From NCBI RefSeq assembly GCF_902652985.1, contig NC_047015.1, positions 41,292,001 through 41,356,000 on the forward strand: a stretch of 64,000 nt of DNA, written 5' to 3'. The position numbers and the translations under genes were made by a program. Source of the stretch: Pecten maximus. Taxonomy: Eukaryota. Below, piece by piece: positions 52,000 through 64,000 of the stretch (positions are counted from its first letter, which is position 1; each line of letters begins with the position of its first letter). The notes under the pieces were generated by a model. It worked only from the letters and a program-made list of their open reading frames with translations, was not told the origin of the DNA and did not search any database.

Positions 52000-53179
52000 G
52001 TATGTATCCTACACCTTCAAACTTATCCTCACACAATCGAAGCTGTCGTGAGGATATTAAGTCTAGTTGGATTTGGTATTGTTTAACGTCCTATCGACAC
52101 AATCAGTTCGACTTGAGGACGATAAGCTGGTCAAAATCATAAAAGAACTTAAGAAAAATGTGGAACAGTCAACTTCACCACAGACAAGACTGAATGACAA
52201 TGGTATACTGAATTATTGTCCGAGTGTTCTGATTAAAGGTGAGGAGAAGACCGCACTGTATTATTCATCATTTTAATACATTAAAAAAACAAATACAAAA
52301 TGGCCATATAACCTTGTGGATCAAAAGGGCAATGGACTCCACTCAAGAACACAGTTCAGATTTAAATACCTAAAGCTATATTTTATTGAAGAAGCAGGCA
52401 TGAATACAAATGTATAACATTAGCATCTACGTCAATAAGTCTACCGAAATATACATAGCAGAGATAGACAGATTGTGTTTCTCAGGCAAGGAATGAACCT
52501 GGCAAATAGCTTTTCAGACAAGTAAAGTTGAAATCTGCCAAAACAACCTCAATGTTATACTATACAGGGGGGCTATAGGTACTCTAGACTTCATAGGAAT
52601 ACAAATAGCTATTTTATTCAAATTTTTAAGGACAACTCTATTGATCTTGGATATCTTTATACATACAAATGTATTCACAGTCCTGTCTATAGGTAAATAT
52701 GCTGGACCAGAAAGTTTAAGAGTCGATTTAGAGTGATTTTCTGTGATTATACATAAACCACGCAGCCTGGGAATACCTTTAAAATGAGAAATTTCGCCAA
52801 GAAAATTTTGGAATCTTCAAGATTGGCATCGAATACTTCCAATAGATGTTAATGGTAGGTTCTTAACCATTTTTGGTGTAAGTTTTTCGTAATTCAACCA
52901 ATCACAATAGAACTAGAAAATATCTATATAAGAAGTCTCCCATGCAATTTTGTAGGATTGGTTGAAGGTTTTTTTGGTAAACAGTAAATGTCACCTAGAT
53001 CTTGGAACCTTGAAACACAAATTCATCTTAACATGTTCTCATAAATGACCTTTTCATATAGGTCAATTAAAATCCCTCAAGAAATGAAATCACTAACGAG
53101 TGATGTCCAAGATTTTCTATAAACAGTAATGGTGACCTTGACCTTGGCACCCTCAAATACATATACACCCAGAGAAGTT

Positions 53180-53612
53180 GATGTCTTAGATGCTGTATGG
53201 ACAAATGCCCGAATCCCATGTATCCCTATACAAGAGTGTAGGTGTCTTAAGTTGCTGTTTTGACAGATGGCCAAGTATAATCTATACATCCAGGAGTGAC
53301 AATGTCTTAGACATGGTATGGACAGATGCCCAAGTCCCATCTATATACATTCAGGTGTGTCATTGTCTTAGACATGGTATGGACAGATGCCCAAGTCCCA
53401 TCTATATACATTCAGGTGTGTCATTGTCTTAGACATGGTATGGACAGATGCCCAAGTCCCATCTATATACATTCAGGTGTGTCATTGTCTTAGACATGGT
53501 ATGGACAGATGCCCAAGTCCCATCTATATACATTCAGGTGTGTCATTGTCTTAGACATGGTATGGACAGATGCCCAAGTCCCATCTATATACATTCAGGT
53601 GTGTCATTGTCT
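53180..53612. repeat. 61-bp minisatellite, 5 essentially identical copies (53303-53612) plus degenerate precursors
   Basis: Unit tgtcttagacatggtatggacagatgcccaagtcccatctatatacattcaggtgtgtcat. Confidence 0.95.
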
Positions 53613-54339
53613 TAAGACACTGTATTGACAGATACCCGCCAAAATCCCATCCCTATACACTATGGGATATTGATGTCTATGAACAGACGATTTGATAAAC
53701 AGGCGCCCCATAAGCTTGAAGGCTGAGAGGCTAAATCTATCATCACCTATAGTAATCAAGGGTTTATGATGATGGCGTAAGCTTATACTCAAGGTCTAAA
53801 AGGCCAGATCTATTACAGGGTTTATATCCTCACAATATCCTCGTCACTGTTGTGACGTATGGATTATAGTCATATACTATGGACAGAGACTTGACCATGA
53901 ACGACTATTGTAATGACCACCAGTGGACAGATTCTCATTATCTAATACACTTTGATGGTGATAGATTACAATATCTATAACAAAGTCATGTACACCTTAT
54001 TGTCTTTAATGAATAAAATTCTGCTACAATTAACAACTGTCCGCCTCCCTGTGGCCATTACCCAGGTAAGTTCCCCAGCAGAGATAACCGTTCCATGTAC
54101 AGCAATCAGTAAGCAGAAGATGATAGATAAGCTGATACTATTTTACTATAAATCACTCCAGTCATCAATATTTAATATGACATTGATCTTCACTGGAGGT
54201 TTGCCACTACAATTTACTCTACACTTACATCACAAAACGTTCATGACATGCAAGGCAATTGCATTACAGTATCAAAGCATTTCACCTTACAGGTATCACA
54301 GCATCACCTAGGCTGATGCATAGAAAGCTAGAGTTGAGA

Positions 54340-57300
54340 TATTACTAGACATAGACAGTCAAGTGTTGAGATACTATATGATGTAGACCGTCAGAAATGA
54401 GATACTACCCGATACAGACTGCCAGAGTTCAGATACTCCCTCATGTAGACCGTCAGCGTTCAGATACTACCTGATGTAGACCGTCAGAGTTCAGATACTA
54501 CCTGATACAGACTATCAGAGTTCAGATACTACCTGATACAGACTATCAGAGTTCAGATACTACCTGATACAGACTATCAGAGTTCAGATACTACCCGATG
54601 TAGACTGTCAGAGTTCAGATACTACCTGATGTAGACTGTCAGCGTTCAGATACTACCCGATGTAGACTGTCAGAGTTCAGATACTACCCGATGTAGACTG
54701 TCAGAGTTCAGATACTACCTGATACAGACCGTCAGAGTTCAGATACTACCCGATACAGACTGTCAGAGTTCAGATACTCCCTCATGTAGACCGTCAGAGT
54801 TCAGATACTACCCGATGCAGACTATCAGAGTTCAGATACTACCCGATGCAGACTATCAGAGTTCAGATACTACCCGATGCAGACTGTCAGAGTTCAGATA
54901 CTACCTGATGTAGACTGTCAGAGTTCAGATACTACCTGATGTAGACTTTCAGAGTTCAGATACTCCCTCATGTAGACCGTCAGAGTTCAGATACTACTCG
55001 ATGTAGACTGTCAGAGTTCAGATACTACCTGATGCAGACTATCAGAGTTCAGATACTATCCGATGTAGACTTTCAGAGTTCAGATACAACATACCTCATG
55101 CAGACTGTCAGAGTTCAGATACTACCCGATGCAGACTATCAGAGTTCAGATACTACCCGATGCAGACTGTCAGAGTTCAGATACTACCTGATGCAGACTA
55201 TCAGAGTTCAGATACTACCTGATGTAGACTGTCAGAGTTCAGATACTACCCGATGTAGACTGTCAGCGTTCAGATACTACCCGATGTAGACTGTCAGAGT
55301 TCAGATACTACCCGATGCAGACTGTCAGAGTTCAGATACTACCCGATGCAGACTGTCAGAGATCAGATACTACCTGATACAGACTTTCAGAGTTCAGATA
55401 CTACCTCAATAGACTGTCAGTGTTCAGATACTACCCAATGTAGACTTTCAGAGTTCAGATACTACCCGATGCAGACTATCAGAGTTCAGATACTACCCGA
55501 TGCAGACTGTCAGAGTTCAGATACTACCTGATGTAGACCGTCAGAGTTCAGATACTACCCGATGTAGACTTTCAGAGTTCAGATACTACCTGATGTAGAC
55601 CGTCAGAGTTCAGATACTACCTGATGTAGACCGTCAGAGTTCAGATACTACCTGATGTAGACCGTCAGAGTTCAGATACTACCCAATGTAGACTTTCAGA
55701 GTTCAGATACTACCTCATGTAGACCGTCAGAGTTCAGATACTACCTGATGTAGACCGTTGAGATACAACCTGATGTAAACCGTTGAGATACAACCTGATG
55801 TAAACTGTTGAGATACAACCTGATGTAGACCATCCTAGTTGAGATACTACCTGATGTAGACCGTTGAGATACAACCTGATGTAGACCGTCCTAGTTGAGA
55901 TACTACCTGATGTAGACCGTTGAGATACAACCTGATGTAGACCGTTGAGATACAACCTGATGTATACCGTTGAGATACTACCTGATGTAGACTGTTGAGA
56001 TACAACCTGATGTATACCGTTGAGATACAACCTGATGTAAACTGTTGAGATACAACCTGATGTAGACTGTTGAGATACAACCTGATGTAGACCATCCTAG
56101 TGGAGATACTACCTGATGTAGACCGTTGAGATACAACCTGATGTAGACCGTTGAGATACAACCTGATGTAAACTGTTGAGATACAACCTGATGTAGACCG
56201 TTGAGATACTACCTGATGTAGAGCGTTGAGATACAACCTGATGTAGACCGTTGAGATACTACCTGATGTAGACCGTTGAGATACAACCTGATGCTGATGT
56301 AGACCGTTGAGATACTACCTGATGTAGACCGTTGAGATACAACCTGATGTAGACCGTTGAGATACAACCTGATGTAAACTGTTGGGATACAACCTGATGT
56401 AAACTGTTGAGATACAACCTGATGTAAACTGTTGAGATACTACCTGATGTAGACCATCCTAGTTGAGATACTACCTGATGTAGACCGTTGAGATACAACC
56501 TGATGTAGACCGTCCTAGTTGAGATACTACCTGATGTAGACCGTTGAGATACAACCTGATGTAGACCGTTGAGATACAACCTGATGTAAACTGTTGAGAT
56601 ACAACCTGATGTAGACCGTTGAGATACAACCTGATGTAGACCGTTGAGATACAACCTGATGTAGACCGTTGAGATACAACCTGATGTAGACCGTTGAGAT
56701 ACAACCTGATGTAAACTGTTGAGATACAACCTGATGTAGACCGTTGAGATACTACCTGATGTAGACCGTTGAGATACAACCTGATGTAAACCGTTGAGAT
56801 ACAACCTGATGTAGACTGTTGAGATACAACCTGATGTAGACCATTGAGATACAACCTGATGTAGACCGTTGAGATACTACCTGATGTAGACCGTTGAGAT
56901 ACAACCTGATGTAGACCGTCCTAGTTGAGATACCACCTGATGTAGACCGTCCTAGTTGAGATACAACCTGATGTAGACCGTCCTAGTTGAGATACAACCT
57001 GATGTAGACCGTTGAGATACTACCTGATGTAGACCGTCCTAGTTGAGATACAACCTGATGTAGACCGTCCTAGTTGAGATACAACCTGATGTAGACCGTT
57101 GAGATACCACCTGATGTAGACCGTTGAGATACTACCTGATGTAGACCGTTGAGATACAACCTGATGTAGACCGTCCTAGTTGAGATACCACCTGATGTAG
57201 ACCGTCCTAGTTGAGATACCACCTGATGTAGACCGTCCTAGTTGAGATACCACCTGATGTAGACCGTTGAGATACTACCTGATGTAGACCGTCCTAGTTG

Positions 57301-57828
57301 AGATACAACCTGATGTAGACCGTTGAGATACTACCTGATGTAGACCGTTGAGATACTACCTGATGTAGACCGTCCTAGTTGAGATACAACCTGATGTAGA
57401 CCGTCCTAGTTGAGATACAACCTGATGTAGACCGTTGAGATACTACCTGATGTAGACCGTCCTAGTTGAGATACAACCTGATGTAGACCGTCCTAGTTGA
57501 GATACAACCTGATGTAGACCGTTGAGATACCACCTGATGTAGACCGTTGAGATACTACCTGATGTAGACCGTTGAGATACAACCTGATGTAGACCGTCCT
57601 AGTTGAGATACCACCTGATGTAGACCGTCCTAGTTGAGATACCACCTGATGTAGACCGTCCTAGTTGAGATACCACCTGATGTAGACCGTTGAGATACTA
57701 CCTGATGTAGACCGTCCTAGTTGAGATACAACCTGATGTAGACCGTTGAGATACTACCTGATGTAGACCGTTGAGATACTACCTGATGTAGACCGTCCTA
57801 GTTGAGATACAACCTGATGTAGACCGTC
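54340..57828. repeat. Composite 31/25-bp minisatellite (core agatacWacctgatgtagac)
   Basis: 31-bp units to about 55750, then 25-bp units, then mixed 25/31-bp units with a 423-bp higher-order duplication. Confidence 0.97.
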
Positions 57829-59079
57829 TTCAACAACACCGTGAAGACTATGGAGTTTCAAAATGGCAACCATTGATAACAGATGTCAATCAAGTACTAG
57901 ACAATTGGTGATGACACAACTGTGGTATACATGATAGGAATGGTTTATATGTCAAAACAACTCACCCACAGACACCGGACTCTCACATCACCATCACTGA
58001 TCACAGACTGGGGCGACATTCCTACTTTAGGTTGAAACAGCCTATCAGACAAAATATTGATTTAATCTGGAACCATTGATCAAAACATAGGATGATGACA
58101 ATGTACATCATATTACTTTTGGATTTTGTTTACATTTCCTATAGGGATAATAAAACACTAGAACAGAGTCAGATAGATGTCAGCTTCACACACATTTTCA
58201 CTTCTGCTATCAAACATAAACACCATTCATAATACATGACGATTTCCAACAAAGAACATTAGCAGGACAAACATTTATCAGCATTCCCTTCTCTTGTCTT
58301 GTACAAATCCATCTGACATTCACCCATGTAGAGTTAATTTATCCTTTAATAACTTTTGTTGAATATACTTATGAATGAATAAAATATCATAATTCTGAAT
58401 ATGAAGAGTATGACTCATTGCTAAATCAAATCAGCTTAAAAACCACTAAAAATACTACTTAGATGGCCCTTTGTCCAAGTTAAATAAGAAAACTTACGCA
58501 ATACAAGTTATTGTGACCCCTGCTTCCATGCAAATAAATGTCATTATTCTAGATGTAGCAACAGGGACCTTGACATTAACTTTGCAGCCCTGCAACACAA
58601 ACTCATCCAGGTTATGCTCATACAATGTGTAAGTAACTCAAACTTTTTGTTCAACAGATACATAGTAGATTTCAAATATTTGGTCAGTTGTTCAGATGTT
58701 AGCATATTAGAAAACACAGCTTCTTTAAATCCAAGCATTTGGTCCCCATATTCTGTTTTTGAGGTAGCTGATGTAGTTGGTATTTCAGAAGACGGTGAAA
58801 GCTCAATCAGTTCGAGCGCCAGTGTCATGCATAATATGAACTTCCTGCATAGAAAGTATCTGGATACTTTTTATACCCCTACCAAATGTAACCCCCCCCC
58901 TGTATAAAACGTACCCCCTATCAAAAAACTTTAATTTCAAATTTATTAAACTGAAATTGCGAGGATATGATAAGAGGACGAAGGGAGTGTCTCTGACCCC
59001 ACTCCACCGAATCCCAACCCCCAGGGTCAAAAAGTGATTTTTCCCCCCCGAACACCAATTAAGACTTTAGGATCACAAA

Positions 59080-59310
59080 ACCTGTGGGTGAAGATCGGAT
59101 GTGGTTTGACACACCCTACACAGGCCTGCATTGGCCAGTCTGCGCTGTCCTTGGGCAAGACATTTACCGTAATTGCTCTGGATGGCATAATGGGTCTCCC
59201 ATAGTTTGCTCAGTGAGGAAGTCATCAGCTGTTACAAGAGACCCTGCCTGAAAATGACCCTGGCTGTTCATGTGCTGATAAATCAGTAAACAAACAAACA
59301 AACAAAAACA
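59080..59310 (+). mobile_element. CORE-type SINE remnant
   Basis: CORE-like tgtccttgggcaagacatttac (59146-59167), 3' aaatgaccctggctgtt segment and an (aaac)n tail. Confidence 0.65.
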
Positions 59311-60176
59311 GTATCAAGGCTATTCTCCCTTAGGATTGCTTCTACATACACTTATCTCTGATTCCTCAAAAACTGGTCTGAATGGCAGTACTAGTGTGTT
59401 CTGCTAGATGTAAACTTGGCCATTCTTGAATTCATTGACCCATTTAAAAACAAGTCTGACAGCATCAATGTCTTTTAATGCAGCACAACTCGTCAGTTAC
59501 GCATGGATCTGTAAAGCACGGTATGTTTAGTTTCAACATTTGCTGTAGTATTGCCAATTAACCAATCCTTAGAGTGCATACCATCTTTTATATCATTCCT
59601 TATAGAGTGAATACACCTCTACTGTAGCATTGACAATTAGCCATTCCTTATATGGAAATTTGTTTAATTTGAGTTTATACACAACATATATATATATATT
59701 GCTAGCTACTGGTTATCCACTAACAGGTTATTTTATTATCAAATTCTCTATTAGTCTGATCAAGTATATTAGAAAATAAATAGTGGCTTACTTGATGAAT
59801 AGACAGTGGTTTTTTACATCTTGCGCATATGCAAATTTAGTAGAGAAGTAGGTAACACGTGACCAGAATCAACCAATGAGAAGCCAAGTAAATATAATAG
59901 AACAGTTAAAATTGGAATTGTGAAAGGGACAGCACGTGAATTTATACAAGCATTACATTTGTCGTTGAATCGTACCCATGCACCCACCATCCCCAGGTCA
60001 TCACCATAGGGTAGCGATATATATAGTCATGTATTTAATAAATCTTGATCAGGTGTAAACATGTAAATTTTAACATAGAATTGTAATCATATAGTAATTG
60101 ATTTTATGTTTGAGGTCATTGTTGGATCTCTATCTTAGTTTGATGTTTTTGTTGCATTAAACACATGCAGTTATAT

Positions 60177-61430
60177 GGGCTACTCACCACATATTATGTT
60201 TGTGTTCAGGTTTATTATGTTTTGTTTCAACCTATTCTAGTCACTAGTAGCTTGCGGCTTTAGTTTATTTTGTTGTAGTTTTGTAGTATATATATGTAAC
60301 CATCCAGTTCCTTTACCCTGTTCCAGGGTTTAGTTATTTAACCTGTTCCAGGTTACCTCCCTTAGTTGAGATGTACCCTGTTCCAGGGCTTAGTTATATA
60401 ACCTGTTCCAGGTTACCTTCCTTAGAGATTTACCCTGTTCCAGGACTGAGTTATGTAACCTGTTCCAGGTTACCTCCCTTAGTTGAGATGTACCCTGTTC
60501 CAGGGCTGAGTTATATAACCTGTTCCAGGTTACCTCCCTTAGTTGAGATGTACCCTGTTCCAGGGCTGAGTTATATAACCTGTTCCAAGTTACCTCCCTT
60601 AGTTGAGATGTACCCTGTTCCAGGGCTTAGTTATATAACCTGTTCCAGGTTACCTTACTTAGTGGAGATTTACCCTGTTCCAGGGCTTAGTTATATAACC
60701 TGTTCCAGGTTACCTCCCTTAGTTGAGATGTACCCTGTTCCAGGGTTTTCATTACACAACCTGTTCCAGTTTACCTCCCTTAGTTGAGATGTACCCTGTT
60801 CCAGGGCTTAGTTATGTAACCTGTTCCAGGTTACCTCCCTTAATTTGAGATTTACCCTGTTCCAGGGTTTTCATTACACAACCTGTTCCAGGTTACCTCC
60901 CTTAGTTGAGATGTACCCTGTTCCAGGGCTTAGTTATATAACCTGTTCCAGGTTACCTTCCTTAGAGATTTACCCTGTTCCAGGGCTTAGTTATATAACC
61001 TGTTCCAGGTTACCTCCCTTAGTTGAGATGTACCCTGTTCCAGGGCTTAGTTATATAACCTGTTCCAGGTTACCTTACTTAGTGGAGATTTGCCTTGTTC
61101 CAGGGCTTAGTTACGTAACCTGTTCCAGGTTACCTCCCTTAGTTGAGATGTACCCTGTTCCAGGGCTTAGTTATATAACCTGTTCCAGGTTACCTTCCTT
61201 AGAGATTTACCCTGTTCCAGGGCTTAGTTTAATGTAACCTGTTCCAGGTTACCTTACTAAGTGGAGATTTGCCTTGTTCAATGGCCATTAGAATTCCAGG
61301 GAATTCTTTTTCCCCATTCAGATAATAACTACCTTTACAGGTTATATCAAATTAATTAATTGGATCATGTGTTTTTAATATGAAGTTATGGTTATATTTT
61401 AGTAAATGTATACAACATGGTGAGTAGCCC
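60177..61430. mobile_element. Inner segment bounded by a 13-bp perfect inverted repeat
   Basis: gggctactcacca (60177-60189) pairs with tggtgagtagccc (61418-61430). No TSD recognised. Confidence 0.45.
60313..61280. repeat. 60-bp minisatellite made of two cctgttccagg sub-units
   Basis: Unit taccctgttccagggcttagttatataacctgttccaggttacctcccttagttgagatg, about 16 copies. Confidence 0.95.
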
Positions 61431-61850
61431 CCAAGAAGAGCCAAAATTAAGATTGTAATTCATGTTGCTGAGAAATCTAAAAGTAATAAATCATATTCGA
61501 ATTTTATCTATGACTTTTCTTGTATGTTGTGTATAAAAGAGTGAATACACCTCTACTGTAGTATTGCCAATTAGCCATTCCTTAGAGTGAATATACATCT
61601 CTACTGTAGCATTGCCAATTAGCCATTACTTAGAGTGAATCACTTTTACTGTAACATTGACAATTAACCATTCCTTATAGAGTGAATACATCTCTACTGT
61701 AGCATTGACAATTAGCCATTCCTTAGAGTGAATACACCTCTACTGTAGTATTGCCAATTAGCCATTCCTTATAGAGTGAACACAACCTCTACTGTAGCAT
61801 TGACAATTAACCATTCCTTAGAGTGATTACACCTCTACTGTAGCATTGAC

Positions 61851-62490
61851 AACTAGAACTGTCGCCAGGATGGCTGACTAATACCCCCGCAATCTGCACG
61901 AGTCAATGGTGAATTGGAACTGTTAATTAGAGGCTTACTAAGATAACCCAGTAATATAGTGACCAGTTGCCATAGCAACCATAATTTTGCACATCTACAC
62001 ATGGTCCTCTATATTTGTGTGAAGTTTCATTGAAATCAGCCCTTCGGTTTAGGAGGAGTTGTCCGGACAAAATTAAAGTTATGGTTCTTATCAGAAAACC
62101 TGTTTATAGTGACCAGTTGCCATAGCAACCATACTTTTGAAAGAAAAGAAAGTGGCATGCACATCTACACATAGTCCTCTATATTTGTGTGAACTTTCAT
62201 TGAAATTGGCCATTTAGTTTAGGAGGAGTTGTCCAGACAAACTTAAAGTTATGGTTCTTATCAGAAAACCTGTTTATAGTGACCAGTTGCCATAGCAACC
62301 ATAATTTTGAGAAAAATAAAGTGGCATGCACATCTACACATGATCCTCTATATTTGTGTGAAGTTTCATTGAAATTGGCCCTTCGGTTTAGGAGGAGTTG
62401 TCCAGACAAAATGCGTCTACAGACAGACGGACGGACAGACGGGCAACCTGCTTCCAGTATACCCCCCCTAACTTCGTTGCGGGGATATAA
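61851..62490. mobile_element. HINE-like element (third family), inserted in the 46-bp array without a TSD
   Basis: Start aactagaactgtcgcc...atacccccgc, ~170-bp internal repeats, (gacg/gaca)n tract, end tatacccccc...gcggggatataa. Host sequence gcattgacaa|tt resumes after it. Confidence 0.8.
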
Positions 62491-63820
62491 TTATACATTC
62501 CTTAAAGAGTGAATACTCTCTTTTCTGTAGCATTTACAATTAGACATTCCTTATAGAGTGAATACCATTCAACAGTGAATGACTTGTAAAAGTCCTGCTA
62601 GACTACGTCCCCTAAATTTCATATAAATTAATTGTTCTAAAATCAATCTCCATGTAGAAAGACGTTTGGCACTATTGCTTGTTATTAAGGGAGGGACTCC
62701 TGCATTACTGAGGGATGACTGCTTCTCTTTGGCCCTATAAGACATACACAATAGGTCAGGTGAATTATAGATTTAATGACAGTTTTACACCTGCCATAAA
62801 AGAGTCAGCAAGGCATATAACTGAAGTGTTACCTTTCAACTTTCTGCGAAAAATTTGGTTTACAAGTTTTTGAAGGTTTGTCATGCTCTCATTGAGAATC
62901 AATGCTGAAACTCTGCATAACATTTTAGTCTAGTTAAAAACAGACATTTTTTGCCCATTTGAATAATAACATGTTTTTGACTTGACATGTCTAGGTTGAC
63001 AGATTTGATCTGGAAGTTTTTAAGTTTTTTATGCACTCATTAATAGAGAGGGATGTTGATATATCGCATTCAAAGTTCTTTAGGCGTAAAAATCAATGCA
63101 ATGCAGTCAAATTAGAAACATTTTTTTGTTCAACGTCAGACATATTTTGACTGACTAAATTTTGTTTAACTTATTCTGTCAAATTTTGAGTTGGGAGCAT
63201 ACATGTTTCATAAACATGTCTATATGTAGACATATTAGTGATCATTACTACGGTATGGTGAAATCTGGTTAAACTGACACCATTTTTGTTTGTTGTGTAT
63301 TACAAATTTTTGTCCATGAAGAATTATTTTATTATTTTACAACTTGTATGCATTACCTTTATAAATGACAAAATTGCAGGTATTGTCATACAGTGGTGTA
63401 TCATGAATATCTATTTGAAGCATATCATAAATAGTTGTGATGACCTTGACCTCAGCAATCTGAAACACAGACAGGTCAGAGGAATTTCTCACAGGATTTT
63501 CTCTGCAGGCCTTGTATCACAGGTCATCTCCACACACATTAGGTTCCATATCAGTTTAATTGACCTGTAACAGGCTGACTATTGACCTGTATCATCCAAG
63601 ACAGTGACCCTACTATTTACAAACACTTCAACTGGTTTAGGATGCTTTGTAAGTTCCAATCAGAGTCTGGGACAGAAATGCACCACCATTTTATTTCAAC
63701 TTCCTTGTAGTCTATTTTAGTGACACTTACAGGGGTTATTATACAATCTGAAAGTTACAGCAAAATAGACCTGGGAACATTTCATGCAAGGTGTTTTGTG
63801 TAGTGAAGAAGATGGAACTT

Positions 63821-64000
63821 AAACAAGAGGCCCATTGGCCTTAACAGTCATCTGACCATAAAGTATACATACTCACTAGCAGTGAAGTGGTACTGAAAAC
63901 AAATTGAGATTTAGTGGGGAATACAGACCAGTTTGTCCAACACTTGGTCAGGAACATCTTAGGATCATTCCTGAAAAGATTCAACTAAAATCCACTAGTG
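63821..64000. mobile_element. Start of another HINE-like element, truncated by the window edge
   Basis: Terminus aaacaagaggcccattggccttaacagtcatctgacc of the same architecture (aacaagag plus short hairpin). Confidence 0.6.

Larger units (their letters stand above)
59652..61537. mobile_element. Non-autonomous insertion bounded by a 15-bp inverted repeat
   Basis: tttatacacaacata (59674-59688) pairs with tatgttgtgtataaa (61523-61537). The host array is interrupted at ccttat|agagtg. Confidence 0.6.
59540..62570. repeat. 46-48-bp minisatellite (agagtgaatacacctctactgtagcattgacaattagccattcctt)n split into three pieces by two insertions
   Basis: Copies at 59540-59651, 61538-61850 and 62491-62570; the repeat phase resumes across both insertions. 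Confidence 0.85.

Noticed and set aside
58544-58907. Overlapping ~95-aa ORFs
   Set aside because: No recognisable motif; consistent with chance ORFs.

Overview
AT-rich, repeat-dense animal genomic DNA, most likely from a bivalve mollusc (inferred from the HINE-type elements, SINEs and minisatellite density). The only credible protein-coding content is two co-oriented minus-strand inward-rectifier K+ channel (Kir) genes, each encoded by a single coding exon. One is a canonical invertebrate Kir (21814-23211). The other is a divergent, compact paralog in a CpG-rich setting (1553-2830) that carries substitutions at PIP2 and rectification residues. Other long ORFs are artefacts of about 20 distinct minisatellites. 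The most unusual observation is that both Kir genes are followed by tandem arrays built from their own last codons plus stop codon. In the canonical gene, each 70-bp copy repeats the PDZ-ligand-like C-terminus (ETLL*) and a 5' splice-donor consensus. Also present are a four-deep nest of non-autonomous Helentron-like (HINE) elements, a ~130-bp inverted duplication, nested IR-bounded insertions splitting a minisatellite, two SINEs and a sharp CpG boundary near 6.3 kb. All calls were made by eye without database searches; array edges are approximate.
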